Sequence record: OP310983.1
DNA length: 64,000 nucleotides
Direction: 5' to 3' (one strand)
Below, piece after piece: positions 33,630-44,140 of the stretch. The first letter of the stretch is position 1. Every line of letters begins with the position of its first letter. Both the position numbers and the translations under genes were made by a program. Below the pieces are notes generated by a model, which did not search any database, was not told where the DNA came from, and was given only the letters and a program-made list of their open reading frames with translations.

Positions 33630-33999
33630 GATCGATGGTAATCCTTTATCTTCTTCTAAAGACTATGGAAAGAAGATACGTACCTATTTGAATAGTGTAT
33701 TGGAAAAGGAACAACGTATAAATCTAAGTATAACTGGTGAGGAAGTACTTAGTCTAATTTATGCTATTACCGATTCAGATCTTCAATATAAAATTCTCAG
33801 CCGGGAAATTGCTGAAGTGAAGGCTAAAGATTCTTACCGTAATGCGGTATTGGTATTAGCTGGTGGCGTTACTCTTATTGGGGCATCAGTATCTACTATG
33901 GTAGTTTTATCTGGTGCACCTATGTCAGAAGAAAGTGCCAATGTGTTAAAGACTATTGTGCAAGGTACCTTTGAATTAATAAAGATGCTTATGCAATAA
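33604..33999 (+). CDS. membrane protein, candidate holin-like (gp142)
   Basis: Track ORF 33565; likely start MTLEDV after GGAG; hydrophobic AVLVLAGGVTLIGASVSTMVVLSG; lies in the lysis cassette. Confidence 0.45.
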   Translation: MTLEDVLIEIDGNPLSSSKDYGKKIRTYLNSVLEKEQRINLSITGEEVLSLIYAITDSDLQYKILSREIAEVKAKDSYRNAVLVLAGGVTLIGASVSTMVVLSGAPMSEESANVLKTIVQGTFELIKMLMQ

Positions 34000-34003
34000 A
34001 AAC

Positions 34004-34040
34004 TATAATAGCCTTCCTCTTCAAGAGGAAGGCTTTATAA
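34004..34040 (+). terminator. intrinsic terminator
   Basis: AGCCTTCCTCT-tca-AGAGGAAGGCT-TTAT. Confidence 0.75.
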
Positions 34041-34081
34041 TGCTATGTGGATTAAACATTTTACCACTATAGAGGTTTGAC

Positions 34082-34615
34082 ATGCAGGATATCTTTCCGT
34101 ATGACATGGCATCGAGGAATGCGCTAGTAAAACTTGCGCGGGATGATTTAAAAATAAACTTCAAACCAGAAACAGTTACATTTGAAGATATGTTTTTTAG
34201 TCCAACCACGATTGAGCCTGGACGTACATTTATTGAAATGATCGACATCACTACTGACATTAAGTACATGTTAACTTACCGTCGGTTAGATTTTGCTGAT
34301 CCACGTGCTATTGGTGAAGGATCTATCCTTAAGATAGTTGGTACTTTAACACCTAAAGCAATTGCTGAAGAAATTAACCGTTCACGAGGTTGGAAGCTTG
34401 GTCCAGATGATGTTTCATTTGATACAACACCAATCAATGCAACTACGGATGTTGTTCCATACACGATAGTAGCTATGTCGAGTAGCTATGCTTACTATGG
34501 TGAATGTAATATACTAATCCAACGTATTGATGATACGTCAGATACTATCCGACTATTAGAGAATGGTGCAGCACGTTATCTAGAAAATGGTCAAATCCGT
34601 TATCTAGAAAGTTAA
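34082..34615 (+). CDS. virion-type protein with YxRLD motif and C-terminal RxLENG repeats (gp143)
   Basis: LTYRRLDF; ends RLLENGAARYLENGQIRYLES. Confidence 0.75.
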   Translation: MQDIFPYDMASRNALVKLARDDLKINFKPETVTFEDMFFSPTTIEPGRTFIEMIDITTDIKYMLTYRRLDFADPRAIGEGSILKIVGTLTPKAIAEEINRSRGWKLGPDDVSFDTTPINATTDVVPYTIVAMSSSYAYYGECNILIQRIDDTSDTIRLLENGAARYLENGQIRYLES

Positions 34616-34637
34616 GTAATACCCTCAATGAACCTAA

Positions 34638-35459
<822 letters not shown>

Positions 35460-35542
35460 GATGTAGCAATAGAATGGAGTCTATGGCATCATGTGAAACT
35501 TCCCCTCATGATAAACCACATCTTGTGTCAATGTAACTTTTT

Positions 35543-35570
35543 GAGAGTCCTTCGGGACTCTCTTATGTTG
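35543..35570 (+). terminator. intrinsic terminator
   Basis: GAGAGTCC-ttcg-GGACTCTC-TTATGTT. Confidence 0.8.
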
Positions 35571-35664
35571 TTAAAATATTACTCATTAGCAATAGTACAT
35601 TACTGTATGAGTCTTCTTCGAAAGACTAACATGTTAGTGTTTCTTATACAGCAAGGAAATAAAA

Positions 35665-38034
35665 ATGGCAAATGCTACAGACAAAGGCAAGATCAGTCAA
35701 CTGCCGGATCTAGCTACTCTTAACGATAGCGAGTATATTGAATTAATTCATACCGATGCAGCTGGTCAAGTCGATAACTATAAGTTTCTGCTGTCAAAAC
35801 TACAGACTGGAGCACCCGGTCTTAGTGCGTACGAGATTGCCGTTAAAAATGGTTTCCAGGGAACTGAAACCGAATGGCTTGATTCGCTTAAAGGTAAATC
35901 TTCTTATCAAATCGCAGTCGATCTAGGTTTCGTTGGTACTGAAGAAGAGTTTATAGCATCCCTTAAAGGTGATGCTGGTAAGAGTGCATATGAAGTAGCT
36001 GTGGAAAACGGTTTCCAAGGTACTGAACAGGAATGGTTAACATCACTGCATGCAACCATGACTGCTGAACTACTCCAGTCGCTCTTAAATCAACAAGGTT
36101 ACACAGTTAAAGATGTACTGCGTGTAACTGGCAAGAATGGTGGATTATCATCCAACGCTGCTTTCCATAACTTTGCTTTCCTGTTTGATAAGCGTCTAAA
36201 TCAAGACGACTTAACTGCTGGTGATAAAATACCTCAGCGTATGATGGAACAAGGTCGTATGGAAGCAGAAGGTTATTCTTATCTAAAGAACGCTTCTGCG
36301 CCCACTACGCAAGGTGCATTACCCGAATTACCTGAGTCTGAAATTCGTATTTATGACAATGGTGAATTCCAGATTGGTAGTTTAACTGATTACATTGCAT
36401 TCAAGAATGACGGTAATATCCGTATTGTTGAAGGCGTTGATGAAACGACCGTTGATCTTAAGAACCTTCCTAAAAATGAAGGTATTAGTGGCGGTGTATT
36501 CGTCAAAGATGTACAAGCAACTGATCCCAGTCAGAACGTAGGTAGTATTGTGCGTACCCCTGATGGACACAGCGTACAGTCATGCCTATCGACCACTAGT
36601 AATGTTCGGGTTATCGTTGATGCAATAACTGGACATTCTAGTTATGTACCTAGTGTTAAAATCAATAACGTAGATGCAGTTGTAACTCCTGGCGTTAATC
36701 CACCCATGTGGATTGCTACCGCCGATATTGATCTTGGTGCACCTACTACTGAAGGTTATGCTGATATTGTTGTAGAACACGCCGATGGGGCTAAATTCAC
36801 TACTAAGGTATTAGCCGATACTCCCGCTAATATTACCAGTGCTGTATTTACTGGCGGTTATCCGTTAGGTCAAACAGAACTTAAAGAAGATGACCTTGTT
36901 GCAATTAAAGTTGTTACTGATGAAAATATAGTAGCATACGAAATTGCTGACTTTGGTGCACTGAAAGAAAGTAGTGGCACTGTTGCACCTACTAAAGAAC
37001 TAGAGGTTACTGGTCTTTACGTAGCTGATCGTGGTAATACTACTAAGGCATATGGTTTCCGTGTACGTGTTCAGAAATCAACTGGGTCATGGTCAGAATG
37101 GTTTACTTCCAGTGATGCTGGTTCCGAAGATAAAATTAACACCATGCAGTTAAACGATCTTCGCCCAGTTGTTAATATTGGTCAAGTAACTTATCCGTCT
37201 GGTCAAAGTGCTATTAAAGTAGGTGAAACTGCTACTGTAGCCAATACAGTATCTAATGCTGATAGTGTGGTTTATTCCTCACCAAATGATCAGCTCACTA
37301 TAACCAGTGCAAATGAAGCAGAAATTGCTAAGGTAGTTACTTATAAGTCTGGTACTTATAACGACAGCACTAATAACCTATTAATTACTGCTAAACGTGC
37401 AGCTAATGGTAGTGTAGCTACGGCTACTGCTGTTGTAGCTATTGCAAATGCGGTACCTACTGCGACGGTTACCTACCCTGCTGCTCGCCTTCGTTCAGGT
37501 GGTAACTTTGGAACCCAAGTACAAAGTCATGTCATTACTTTAACCTCTACTCAGAAACTAAGTGCAGCTCCGGCCATGAATGCGCCTGGCGGTAAGTGGG
37601 CTACTGAGGATTGGAAATCTGATGCCACTGGTAAGGTATGGACACGTGCATTACTAGTACATGACGATGATCCTAAAGGAACCTACGATTTTAACAGTGT
37701 GGTTCTAAAAGGTTTAGCTGGTGTTGAAGCTAATAGTGTAAATGGTGGTACTTACGTACTAGGTGGATTTGTATTCCGCACTCTAAGTGTGGCTGCTTGG
37801 CCGAACCGTGAAACTGATATTGGTACTGAAGTAACCAATACTGGTAAACTACGTTGCAGTAACCTATCTAAAGGTTCTACTGGTAGCTTAAACTTCACTT
37901 ATAAGGCGGACGATGCAAATCAAGTTGACACCTACACCATCAAGGATGGCAATAAGTGGTATAACTGTGACTCAGCAAATGCTGTATCCAACACCACTGG
38001 ACTGATGAAAATCGAACTTGAGGAAGTAGTATAA
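35665..38034 (+). CDS. fibre-like structural protein (gp145)
   Basis: KISQLP N-terminus; three SAY(E/Q)IAVxxGFxGTExEWLxSL repeats; Ig-like beta-rich C-terminal domains. Confidence 0.75.
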   Translation: MANATDKGKISQLPDLATLNDSEYIELIHTDAAGQVDNYKFLLSKLQTGAPGLSAYEIAVKNGFQGTETEWLDSLKGKSSYQIAVDLGFVGTEEEFIASLKGDAGKSAYEVAVENGFQGTEQEWLTSLHATMTAELLQSLLNQQGYTVKDVLRVTGKNGGLSSNAAFHNFAFLFDKRLNQDDLTAGDKIPQRMMEQGRMEAEGYSYLKNASAPTTQGALPELPESEIRIYDNGEFQIGSLTDYIAFKNDGNIRIVEGVDETTVDLKNLPKNEGISGGVFVKDVQATDPSQNVGSIVRTPDGHSVQSCLSTTSNVRVIVDAITGHSSYVPSVKINNVDAVVTPGVNPPMWIATADIDLGAPTTEGYADIVVEHADGAKFTTKVLADTPANITSAVFTGGYPLGQTELKEDDLVAIKVVTDENIVAYEIADFGALKESSGTVAPTKELEVTGLYVADRGNTTKAYGFRVRVQKSTGSWSEWFTSSDAGSEDKINTMQLNDLRPVVNIGQVTYPSGQSAIKVGETATVANTVSNADSVVYSSPNDQLTITSANEAEIAKVVTYKSGTYNDSTNNLLITAKRAANGSVATATAVVAIANAVPTATVTYPAARLRSGGNFGTQVQSHVITLTSTQKLSAAPAMNAPGGKWATEDWKSDATGKVWTRALLVHDDDPKGTYDFNSVVLKGLAGVEANSVNGGTYVLGGFVFRTLSVAAWPNRETDIGTEVTNTGKLRCSNLSKGSTGSLNFTYKADDANQVDTYTIKDGNKWYNCDSANAVSNTTGLMKIELEEVV

Positions 38035-41000
38035 TGGCTTCTGCATTTGAAGATTATGTAAACGGGGAACTCCCCAAACGGGTATCATCAATTGATGAAC
38101 CCACTTCTGTAGTTAATGGACACATCCCGGTTTCTACCGGGGTGGGTCTTAATACCACTTTCGTTGATCCTGTTACTATACCTGGATTAAAGGGTGAAGA
38201 TGGTCAGCCGGGTAAAGATGGCGATCAAGGTCCCCCTGGCCCAGTTGGTCCGGCTATTAACATTATCGCTAATGTTGATCTAGCAACATTCGAACAAGAT
38301 ATTAAACCATTAGATACGCATAATGTCGGTGATGCTTGGTTCGTTGAAGATCGGCTATGGGTATGGGAATCACCGCTAGGTAATGAAGATCCCCCTGTAA
38401 AAGGTCGTTGGGTTGAAACAGGTTCACTTCGTGGTCCAGATGGTACTGGTCTGGTTATCCGTGGTCGTTGGCCTAATAACTTAGAATTACCTAAGACTGA
38501 AAGTAATAAACCTGGAGATGCTTACTCATGGAATAATCAACTCTGGGCGTGGATGCTTATCTCAGGTAATAATCCGCCAGAGAATCCAACTATTGATGAC
38601 TATGATTGGTTCCCAGTTACACCACAGGGTGAACGTGGACCTGAGGGCCCTGAGGGTCCGCAAGGTAAAGATGGTGAAATTGGTCCTGAAGGTCCTCAGG
38701 GTGAACCAGCAATGCCGTTTACCATTAAGGATTCACTACCATCACCAGCTGATTTACCTGATCCATCTGTAGCTAAAGAATCAGAAGCATACTTAGTTAC
38801 TATGGAAGCTGGTAAACCAGAACATCTATTCATCTTTGTAAAAGGGGCATGGTCAGACCTAGGTACTTTCCAAGGCCCTGAGGGCCCACAAGGTAAACCA
38901 GGTAATACAGGTGATCCGGGTCCCGATGGTAAACAAGGTGAACCTGGTCCACAAGGTCGTAACTTAGAAGTAGTTAAAGCAGTTGAAACTGCTGATGATC
39001 TATTAACCACCACTGGTGTAGAACAATACCAAGGTGTTTCAGTACGTTCCACCAATACGGTTTATGTACTGACTGGCCAAGATCCGACTGTTGATATCTC
39101 ATGGACAGCCATGGGTTCATTCCGTGGCCCGCAGGGCCCTGAAGGTCCGCAAGGTGAAGATGGCGAACAAGGTCTACCTGGTGAACCAGGGGCACAAGGT
39201 AAATCGGCTTTCCAAGTAGCATTGGACAATGGCTTCACTGGTACTGAGGGTGAATGGTTAATCAGTCTACATGGTAAGAACGTAGTTATTACTGGTGCTG
39301 TTGCCAATGAGGCAGCCCTGCCGGCAGATGCTCCTGATCAGGCAGCGTACTTCACACAAGACACATCTACCTTATTTGTTAAGATAGATGGTAATTGGGT
39401 AAATAGTGGTACACATCGAGGTCCTAAAGGTGAAGATGGCGCACCTGGTAAAGACGGTGATCAGGGACCAGAAGGACCCGAGGGACCAGAAGGCCCACAA
39501 GGTCCCGCTGGTGAACCTATCCAGATCATCGCAGCGATTGACACTCCTGAAGATACCCCACCAGAAGCACTTGCCGATAACCAATGGAAAGCATATACTG
39601 TTAAGTCCACGGGCGAAGTATTTGTTAACATGGACGGTAGTCGCTGGACTAGCATTGGTATTATGGCAGGTCCGCAAGGTAAACCGGGTGAAGGTTTAAA
39701 CATTAAAGGTGTTTTAACCGATGCTTCACAACTACCAAAGAAAGACACTGATCCTGACTTAGTAACTGGTGATTCATACTGGGTTGAAACTAACGAAGGT
39801 ACAATGCTCTATACTTACCAAGGTCAGGAAATTGATGGCTATATCGGCCCAATTAATCTAAATGGTGAGCAGGGTATCCAGGGTGTCGAAGGCCCACAAG
39901 GTCCTGAAGGTAAACAAGGTGGTGGTCTATTAATTATCTATGTTGGTGATGATGCTGGTAAACCAGTAGCATCTGCTGATAACGTAGGTAAAGGTATTGC
40001 CATTCGCACCAATACTGAAGGACAAGTAGAAGTATTTGTAAGTATCGATACTGAAGGTACATTTACTTGGGAAAGCCTAGGTGTCTTAGCCATGGGTCCG
40101 CAGGGTCCTGAAGGTCCTGAGGGCAAACAAGGTGTTCCAGGTATCCCTGGTAAAACCGGTCAGAAAGGTGAACGTGGATCCTCTTGGGTAATTCTACCTG
40201 AAGGTCAAACTGCACCCACTTCTATCGATGGTAATCGTGGTGACTGGTGTATCGACAAAACTGGTACCGTTTGGTATAAAGATGCTAACTGGGTTGTATT
40301 CTACAAATTAATGTCAGTTCCAGTTAGTGAAGTCGATCCAGAAGATGTCGATAAGAAAATGGTTCGGTACAAACTCGGTTGGACTGAACTACCTGTTGAT
40401 GAGGTGGTAGATGCTGAAGTAGGTGTCTTCTATGGTCGCCGTAAAGCAACCGCTGACGGGGCTGTTGAATGGACTGCTATTGAATTACCAACACCTGCCA
40501 TTGATGCTGTACCTAGTCCAGTTGTTAATGCACAATACGTTCGTAAAGGTATTGCAGGGGGTGAAACTGAATGGGCTACCATTACATTCCCAGAAATTCC
40601 TTCAGATGTAGTACGCGATACTGCACAAGCTACTAAGCCTCAAGGTCGTGTAGCTGGTAACTGGGTTGATGTAGCACCTCTGCAAACCGATGATACTCTA
40701 ATGGGTATGCAAAATGGTGAATGGGTAGCTGTACCAGCCGCAGTTATTGGTGAAGTACCTAGTGAAGGTGCTAATGGCACTAACTATGTACGTGAGAAAA
40801 CAGCTAGTGGTTCTAAATGGACACCTGTAACTATTATAGTTGATCAAGCTGATGCTACTAGTGGACAACTATTCCTACGTAATGCTGCGGCTAAATCATG
40901 GACTCTATTCCAAGGTCCGAATAATGATGTAACCGCTGATGGTGATTGGCTACGTAGCCGTACTGGTACTAATATTACTTGGAAGAAGCTAGATAAATCA

Positions 41001-41315
41001 TTCGATGCATATAGCCTAAAATCAAGTACATTCACTGGTACAGCTCTGACTATAACACCTGCTAACCAGCAGTGCTATAGGGTTCAAACTGCTGCTAACC
41101 AAACCATTACACTAGAGAATGGACCTGTTGATCGCATGATCACAGCTGTTCTTGTATTGCTTGGTAAGGTAGCTATGCCAACACTGTCTAGTGCAGTGCT
41201 ACAGTGGAACAATGGTACTCCAGTAATAGTAGATGACCTAGGTGATACTAAAACAGTTCTCACCCTCTTATGGGATGGTACTAACTGGATAGTTTCCAAA
41301 GGTGCTGTTATTTAA
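38034..41315 (+). CDS. gp146: collagen-like tail/head fibre protein
   Basis: 1093 aa; several Gly-X-Y runs (GPEGPQG) interrupted by small globular modules; TAATG coupling to gp145. Confidence 0.85.
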   Translation: MASAFEDYVNGELPKRVSSIDEPTSVVNGHIPVSTGVGLNTTFVDPVTIPGLKGEDGQPGKDGDQGPPGPVGPAINIIANVDLATFEQDIKPLDTHNVGDAWFVEDRLWVWESPLGNEDPPVKGRWVETGSLRGPDGTGLVIRGRWPNNLELPKTESNKPGDAYSWNNQLWAWMLISGNNPPENPTIDDYDWFPVTPQGERGPEGPEGPQGKDGEIGPEGPQGEPAMPFTIKDSLPSPADLPDPSVAKESEAYLVTMEAGKPEHLFIFVKGAWSDLGTFQGPEGPQGKPGNTGDPGPDGKQGEPGPQGRNLEVVKAVETADDLLTTTGVEQYQGVSVRSTNTVYVLTGQDPTVDISWTAMGSFRGPQGPEGPQGEDGEQGLPGEPGAQGKSAFQVALDNGFTGTEGEWLISLHGKNVVITGAVANEAALPADAPDQAAYFTQDTSTLFVKIDGNWVNSGTHRGPKGEDGAPGKDGDQGPEGPEGPEGPQGPAGEPIQIIAAIDTPEDTPPEALADNQWKAYTVKSTGEVFVNMDGSRWTSIGIMAGPQGKPGEGLNIKGVLTDASQLPKKDTDPDLVTGDSYWVETNEGTMLYTYQGQEIDGYIGPINLNGEQGIQGVEGPQGPEGKQGGGLLIIYVGDDAGKPVASADNVGKGIAIRTNTEGQVEVFVSIDTEGTFTWESLGVLAMGPQGPEGPEGKQGVPGIPGKTGQKGERGSSWVILPEGQTAPTSIDGNRGDWCIDKTGTVWYKDANWVVFYKLMSVPVSEVDPEDVDKKMVRYKLGWTELPVDEVVDAEVGVFYGRRKATADGAVEWTAIELPTPAIDAVPSPVVNAQYVRKGIAGGETEWATITFPEIPSDVVRDTAQATKPQGRVAGNWVDVAPLQTDDTLMGMQNGEWVAVPAAVIGEVPSEGANGTNYVREKTASGSKWTPVTIIVDQADATSGQLFLRNAAAKSWTLFQGPNNDVTADGDWLRSRTGTNITWKKLDKSFDAYSLKSSTFTGTALTITPANQQCYRVQTAANQTITLENGPVDRMITAVLVLLGKVAMPTLSSAVLQWNNGTPVIVDDLGDTKTVLTLLWDGTNWIVSKGAVI

Positions 41316-41319
41316 AATG

Positions 41320-41355
41320 ACATATTGCCCTCCCTTCGGGGAGGGCTTTATTTTG
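41320..41355 (+). terminator. intrinsic terminator
   Basis: GCCCTCCC-ttcg-GGGAGGGC-TTTATTTT. Confidence 0.85.
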
Positions 41356-41405
41356 TCTTTTAAGATTGATTCATTATTAACCATACCATCGTACCAGTTA
41401 TATCT

Positions 41406-41441
41406 AAAAAAAGCATAGAAAGCCCTAATAGGGCTTTCTAT
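41406..41441 (-). terminator. terminator for leftward unit
   Basis: ATAGAAAGCCCT-aat-AGGGCTTTCTAT with A-tract on plus strand. Confidence 0.75.
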
Positions 41442-41447
41442 TGGGTA

Positions 41448-42164
41448 TCATGGCTTAAACATGGAAAAGTATTCAGCATCGATGAAATCAAAGTCGATAT
41501 TAAGTTTATGCTTTAACTGGAAATCCATGATAATAAACTGTTTATCTTCAACAGCTAATTCACTTACATCTTTCTCAAATAGTTTTGGACCAATAATAGT
41601 AAAGTCAGGCATCAACACTTGTCCTAATTCAAGAACATGGGTTTTACACCATTCTCCAAAATTATACATAATCGCCATTGAATAGATAGAGTTTAATCTA
41701 GAACAAGTAAGGTCTGTTAATGGAGTATTAATCAGGGTGATCTGAATATGATCACCAATGTACTTATGTAAGCAGTATAGTAATTCATCTTGAGCATCTG
41801 GTGTTAATTCATATGGCCAGATATTAACTTCAAGACATGTTTCAAAATTAGCATTAACTATACCGTCTAATCTATTCAAATCTGATTGAGCTATTAATTG
41901 AATAATAAATGGAATGATACCAGTGAATATAGAACTATTGATAGTATCAGCAGTATTTTCGCCACCACGTTTAGAATAAGCTTCGACAAATTGTTCATTA
42001 GTTACTAAACCATCTGTTAGTTTAGTCCAATCATCCATTTCCCTATGCCAATAAACTTGACCATTGGTAACAAGCTTATTAGCCGCATCTTTATTTAGTA
42101 ACCTAATGGTCCCTAACCGTGTATCTAATAGTGAATCAAGATCAATTAAGATTTTACGAAACAT
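41448..42164 (-). CDS. HAD-like protein (gp147)
   Basis: N-terminal ILIDLDSLL (DxD) HAD motif I. Confidence 0.5.
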   Translation of the reverse strand: MFRKILIDLDSLLDTRLGTIRLLNKDAANKLVTNGQVYWHREMDDWTKLTDGLVTNEQFVEAYSKRGGENTADTINSSIFTGIIPFIIQLIAQSDLNRLDGIVNANFETCLEVNIWPYELTPDAQDELLYCLHKYIGDHIQITLINTPLTDLTCSRLNSIYSMAIMYNFGEWCKTHVLELGQVLMPDFTIIGPKLFEKDVSELAVEDKQFIIMDFQLKHKLNIDFDFIDAEYFSMFKP

Positions 42165-42660
42165 TATTATTTACCGCCTTCTTTTTAGATGGCTTAGCTT
42201 GAACTGGGATAGATTCAACTAGATTAGTAATATAACGGATATTTAAACATTGACAAATAATCCAAACTAACCAATCATTTTGGTATAAAATGTCAGTTAA
42301 TTCTTTTCGTGGAATTAATCGCGCTAACATCTCTTGGTCAACAATAGTTGAATTAGGTTGATAAGGATAAATAGAATTAGCTAGTAATTCCACCACACCA
42401 TCCCAATCAGTAACAGCCATCTTAAATCGACTAACTAAACTTAAGATGGGTTGAAGACGATTACCTTTGTTACGGAATAAATTCCAGATATCCCTAATAA
42501 CTGTTTTATCAGCAATGTGATACCAATGGGTATTAGTACTCCAGTTATTTAGTAAATCCAAAATATCCGCAATGATTTCAGCACTGTATCCATTTACTAA
42601 CTCAGTATTAGATACAATTAAAGCTTCACACATATCTTCGTAAATCTGGCGATTATTCAT
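42154..42660 (-). CDS. hypothetical protein (gp148)
   Basis: 168-aa ORF coupled to gp149 and gp147. Confidence 0.75.
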   Translation of the reverse strand: MNNRQIYEDMCEALIVSNTELVNGYSAEIIADILDLLNNWSTNTHWYHIADKTVIRDIWNLFRNKGNRLQPILSLVSRFKMAVTDWDGVVELLANSIYPYQPNSTIVDQEMLARLIPRKELTDILYQNDWLVWIICQCLNIRYITNLVESIPVQAKPSKKKAVNNNVS

Positions 42661-42662
42661 AG

Positions 42663-43337
42663 TTACACCAAGTTATTTTGTAACATCATGCCTTTTAGAT
42701 AACATGCAAATGTTTTATTAGATTGCACAGTAGTATCATAAGTAGACATGATGGAATCAACAGAAGCACTACCAGTTTCGATAATAGAGCGGTTCATTGC
42801 ATTATATGCTTTCTGGTCACCACCACGTAGTTTCATGAATTCAATCATGGAATAACGGAGACCTTTTGAAGCGTTAACCTGAATCTCTGGTGCAGACATA
42901 CGTGATCCTTTAGAATCACCAGTTACTTGCCCTGACCTCTGGTCAATCACATGACTAGAACCTGGAATACTTTTCTTTTTCTCAAGCATTTGTACTTGAC
43001 GACGGATTGGTATTAAACCAACTAAATGTTTATTAGCAGTTCGATATACCTGGCCAGTACCTGGGTCAGTTAAAATGATGTGTTGGAATAAATTATGACC
43101 AATCGCTTTAGCAACTTTATAATTTCGCTTAATAGTTAATTTAGGCTTAGCGCATAAGTTAGGGGCATATAACGCCAACATCTCTTCACCAGAATCTAAC
43201 TTATTAATCCACTCCTCAAATTCCTCATCATTCATTCGTGCAAACATTTCTTTATAGATATCAACATTACTACTACCAGGTAGAAACATGTCAATAATCC
43301 ATAGGCATTCTTTTTCTACCAATTCTCGTTTAGTCAT
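42663..43337 (-). CDS. gp149: virion RNA polymerase beta subunit, C-terminal fragment
   Basis: DQRSGQVTGDSKGSRMSAPE...EFMKLRGGD corresponds to the RpoB C-terminal switch region; position matches phiKZ gp149. Confidence 0.85.
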   Translation of the reverse strand: MTKRELVEKECLWIIDMFLPGSSNVDIYKEMFARMNDEEFEEWINKLDSGEEMLALYAPNLCAKPKLTIKRNYKVAKAIGHNLFQHIILTDPGTGQVYRTANKHLVGLIPIRRQVQMLEKKKSIPGSSHVIDQRSGQVTGDSKGSRMSAPEIQVNASKGLRYSMIEFMKLRGGDQKAYNAMNRSIIETGSASVDSIMSTYDTTVQSNKTFACYLKGMMLQNNLV

Positions 43338-43369
43338 GGTAATTTCCTTTAAGGTTGTTTAACATACCA

Positions 43370-43690
43370 TTAGCTTGAGCGAGATACCCCTTGATAGACA
43401 GGTATTGAATTCTGGTCAGTACATGGAGGCAACCTATGCCTCTTAAGAATTGGTAATATGTTGGCTAGAAAATTAGCATACCATACTTCAAAGGTGACTG
43501 AATCATCAATGGTAGTTCTAGCTGTCAACGTCTGACTAGGGTATTGAGCTAATAGTTGTTGAAAGCAAGCTGATAAAGTGGGTACATCTGTACACACTGG
43601 TAATCGACGTAATAGATCTTCTGATAGTTCAACATCAAACATTCGTAGACGTTGACAAAGTGTTAAACGATAATCTTCTGTAGTTTTCAT
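43370..43690 (-). CDS. hypothetical protein (gp150)
   Basis: AAGGA SD; 106 aa. Confidence 0.7.
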   Translation of the reverse strand: MKTTEDYRLTLCQRLRMFDVELSEDLLRRLPVCTDVPTLSACFQQLLAQYPSQTLTARTTIDDSVTFEVWYANFLANILPILKRHRLPPCTDQNSIPVYQGVSRSS

Positions 43691-43713
43691 TATAGTTCCT
43701 TAGGGTCTTTATT

Positions 43714-44064
43714 TTACTTTGATATCTCACCACAGTAAATGACCTCTGTTTTTGTTTCAAGCCATTCTACTAATAAATGCCGGTGACAGAAATTACCAGC
43801 ACGACAATAACAACCTAATGCTACTTCCTCTAATTGGAAGAACCATTTAAAGAATTCTGGATTATCAATCAATGATTGCTCTAACATACTGAGATATGCT
43901 TCAGTGTATTCATCATCTGATATAATTCCTTTCTTATGTCCCATAACCATTAACCAAGTAGGTGCGAGTTGATACGCACCTGATTTAACAGTTATGTCTA
44001 GAGGTTTTATTCCTTTCTCTATAACTAACTTATATTTAGCTATCTGATAAGTGTAAACATTCAT
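43714..44064 (-). CDS. DUF488-like protein (gp151)
   Basis: LAPTWxMV...EYTEAY...VALGCYCRAGNFCHRHLLVEWL. Confidence 0.6.
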   Translation of the reverse strand: MNVYTYQIAKYKLVIEKGIKPLDITVKSGAYQLAPTWLMVMGHKKGIISDDEYTEAYLSMLEQSLIDNPEFFKWFFQLEEVALGCYCRAGNFCHRHLLVEWLETKTEVIYCGEISK

Positions 44065-44076
44065 ATACCAAACCTG

Positions 44077-44112
44077 ACATAACTAGGGATCTTATTGACC
44101 CCTAGTTATTTT
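44077..44112 (-). terminator. terminator after uvsX
   Basis: ATAACTAGGG...CCCTAGTTAT 10-bp stem. Confidence 0.65.
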
Positions 44113-44140
44113 GAAACTGGCGATAACATCTATACTAACA

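Noticed and set aside
35493-35723. 76-aa ORF between endolysin and gp145
   Set aside because: Runs through a terminator, overlaps the gp145 start and has no SD
38518-40611. Several short alternative-frame and antisense ORFs in gp146
   Set aside because: Artefacts of GC-rich Gly-X-Y codon repeats
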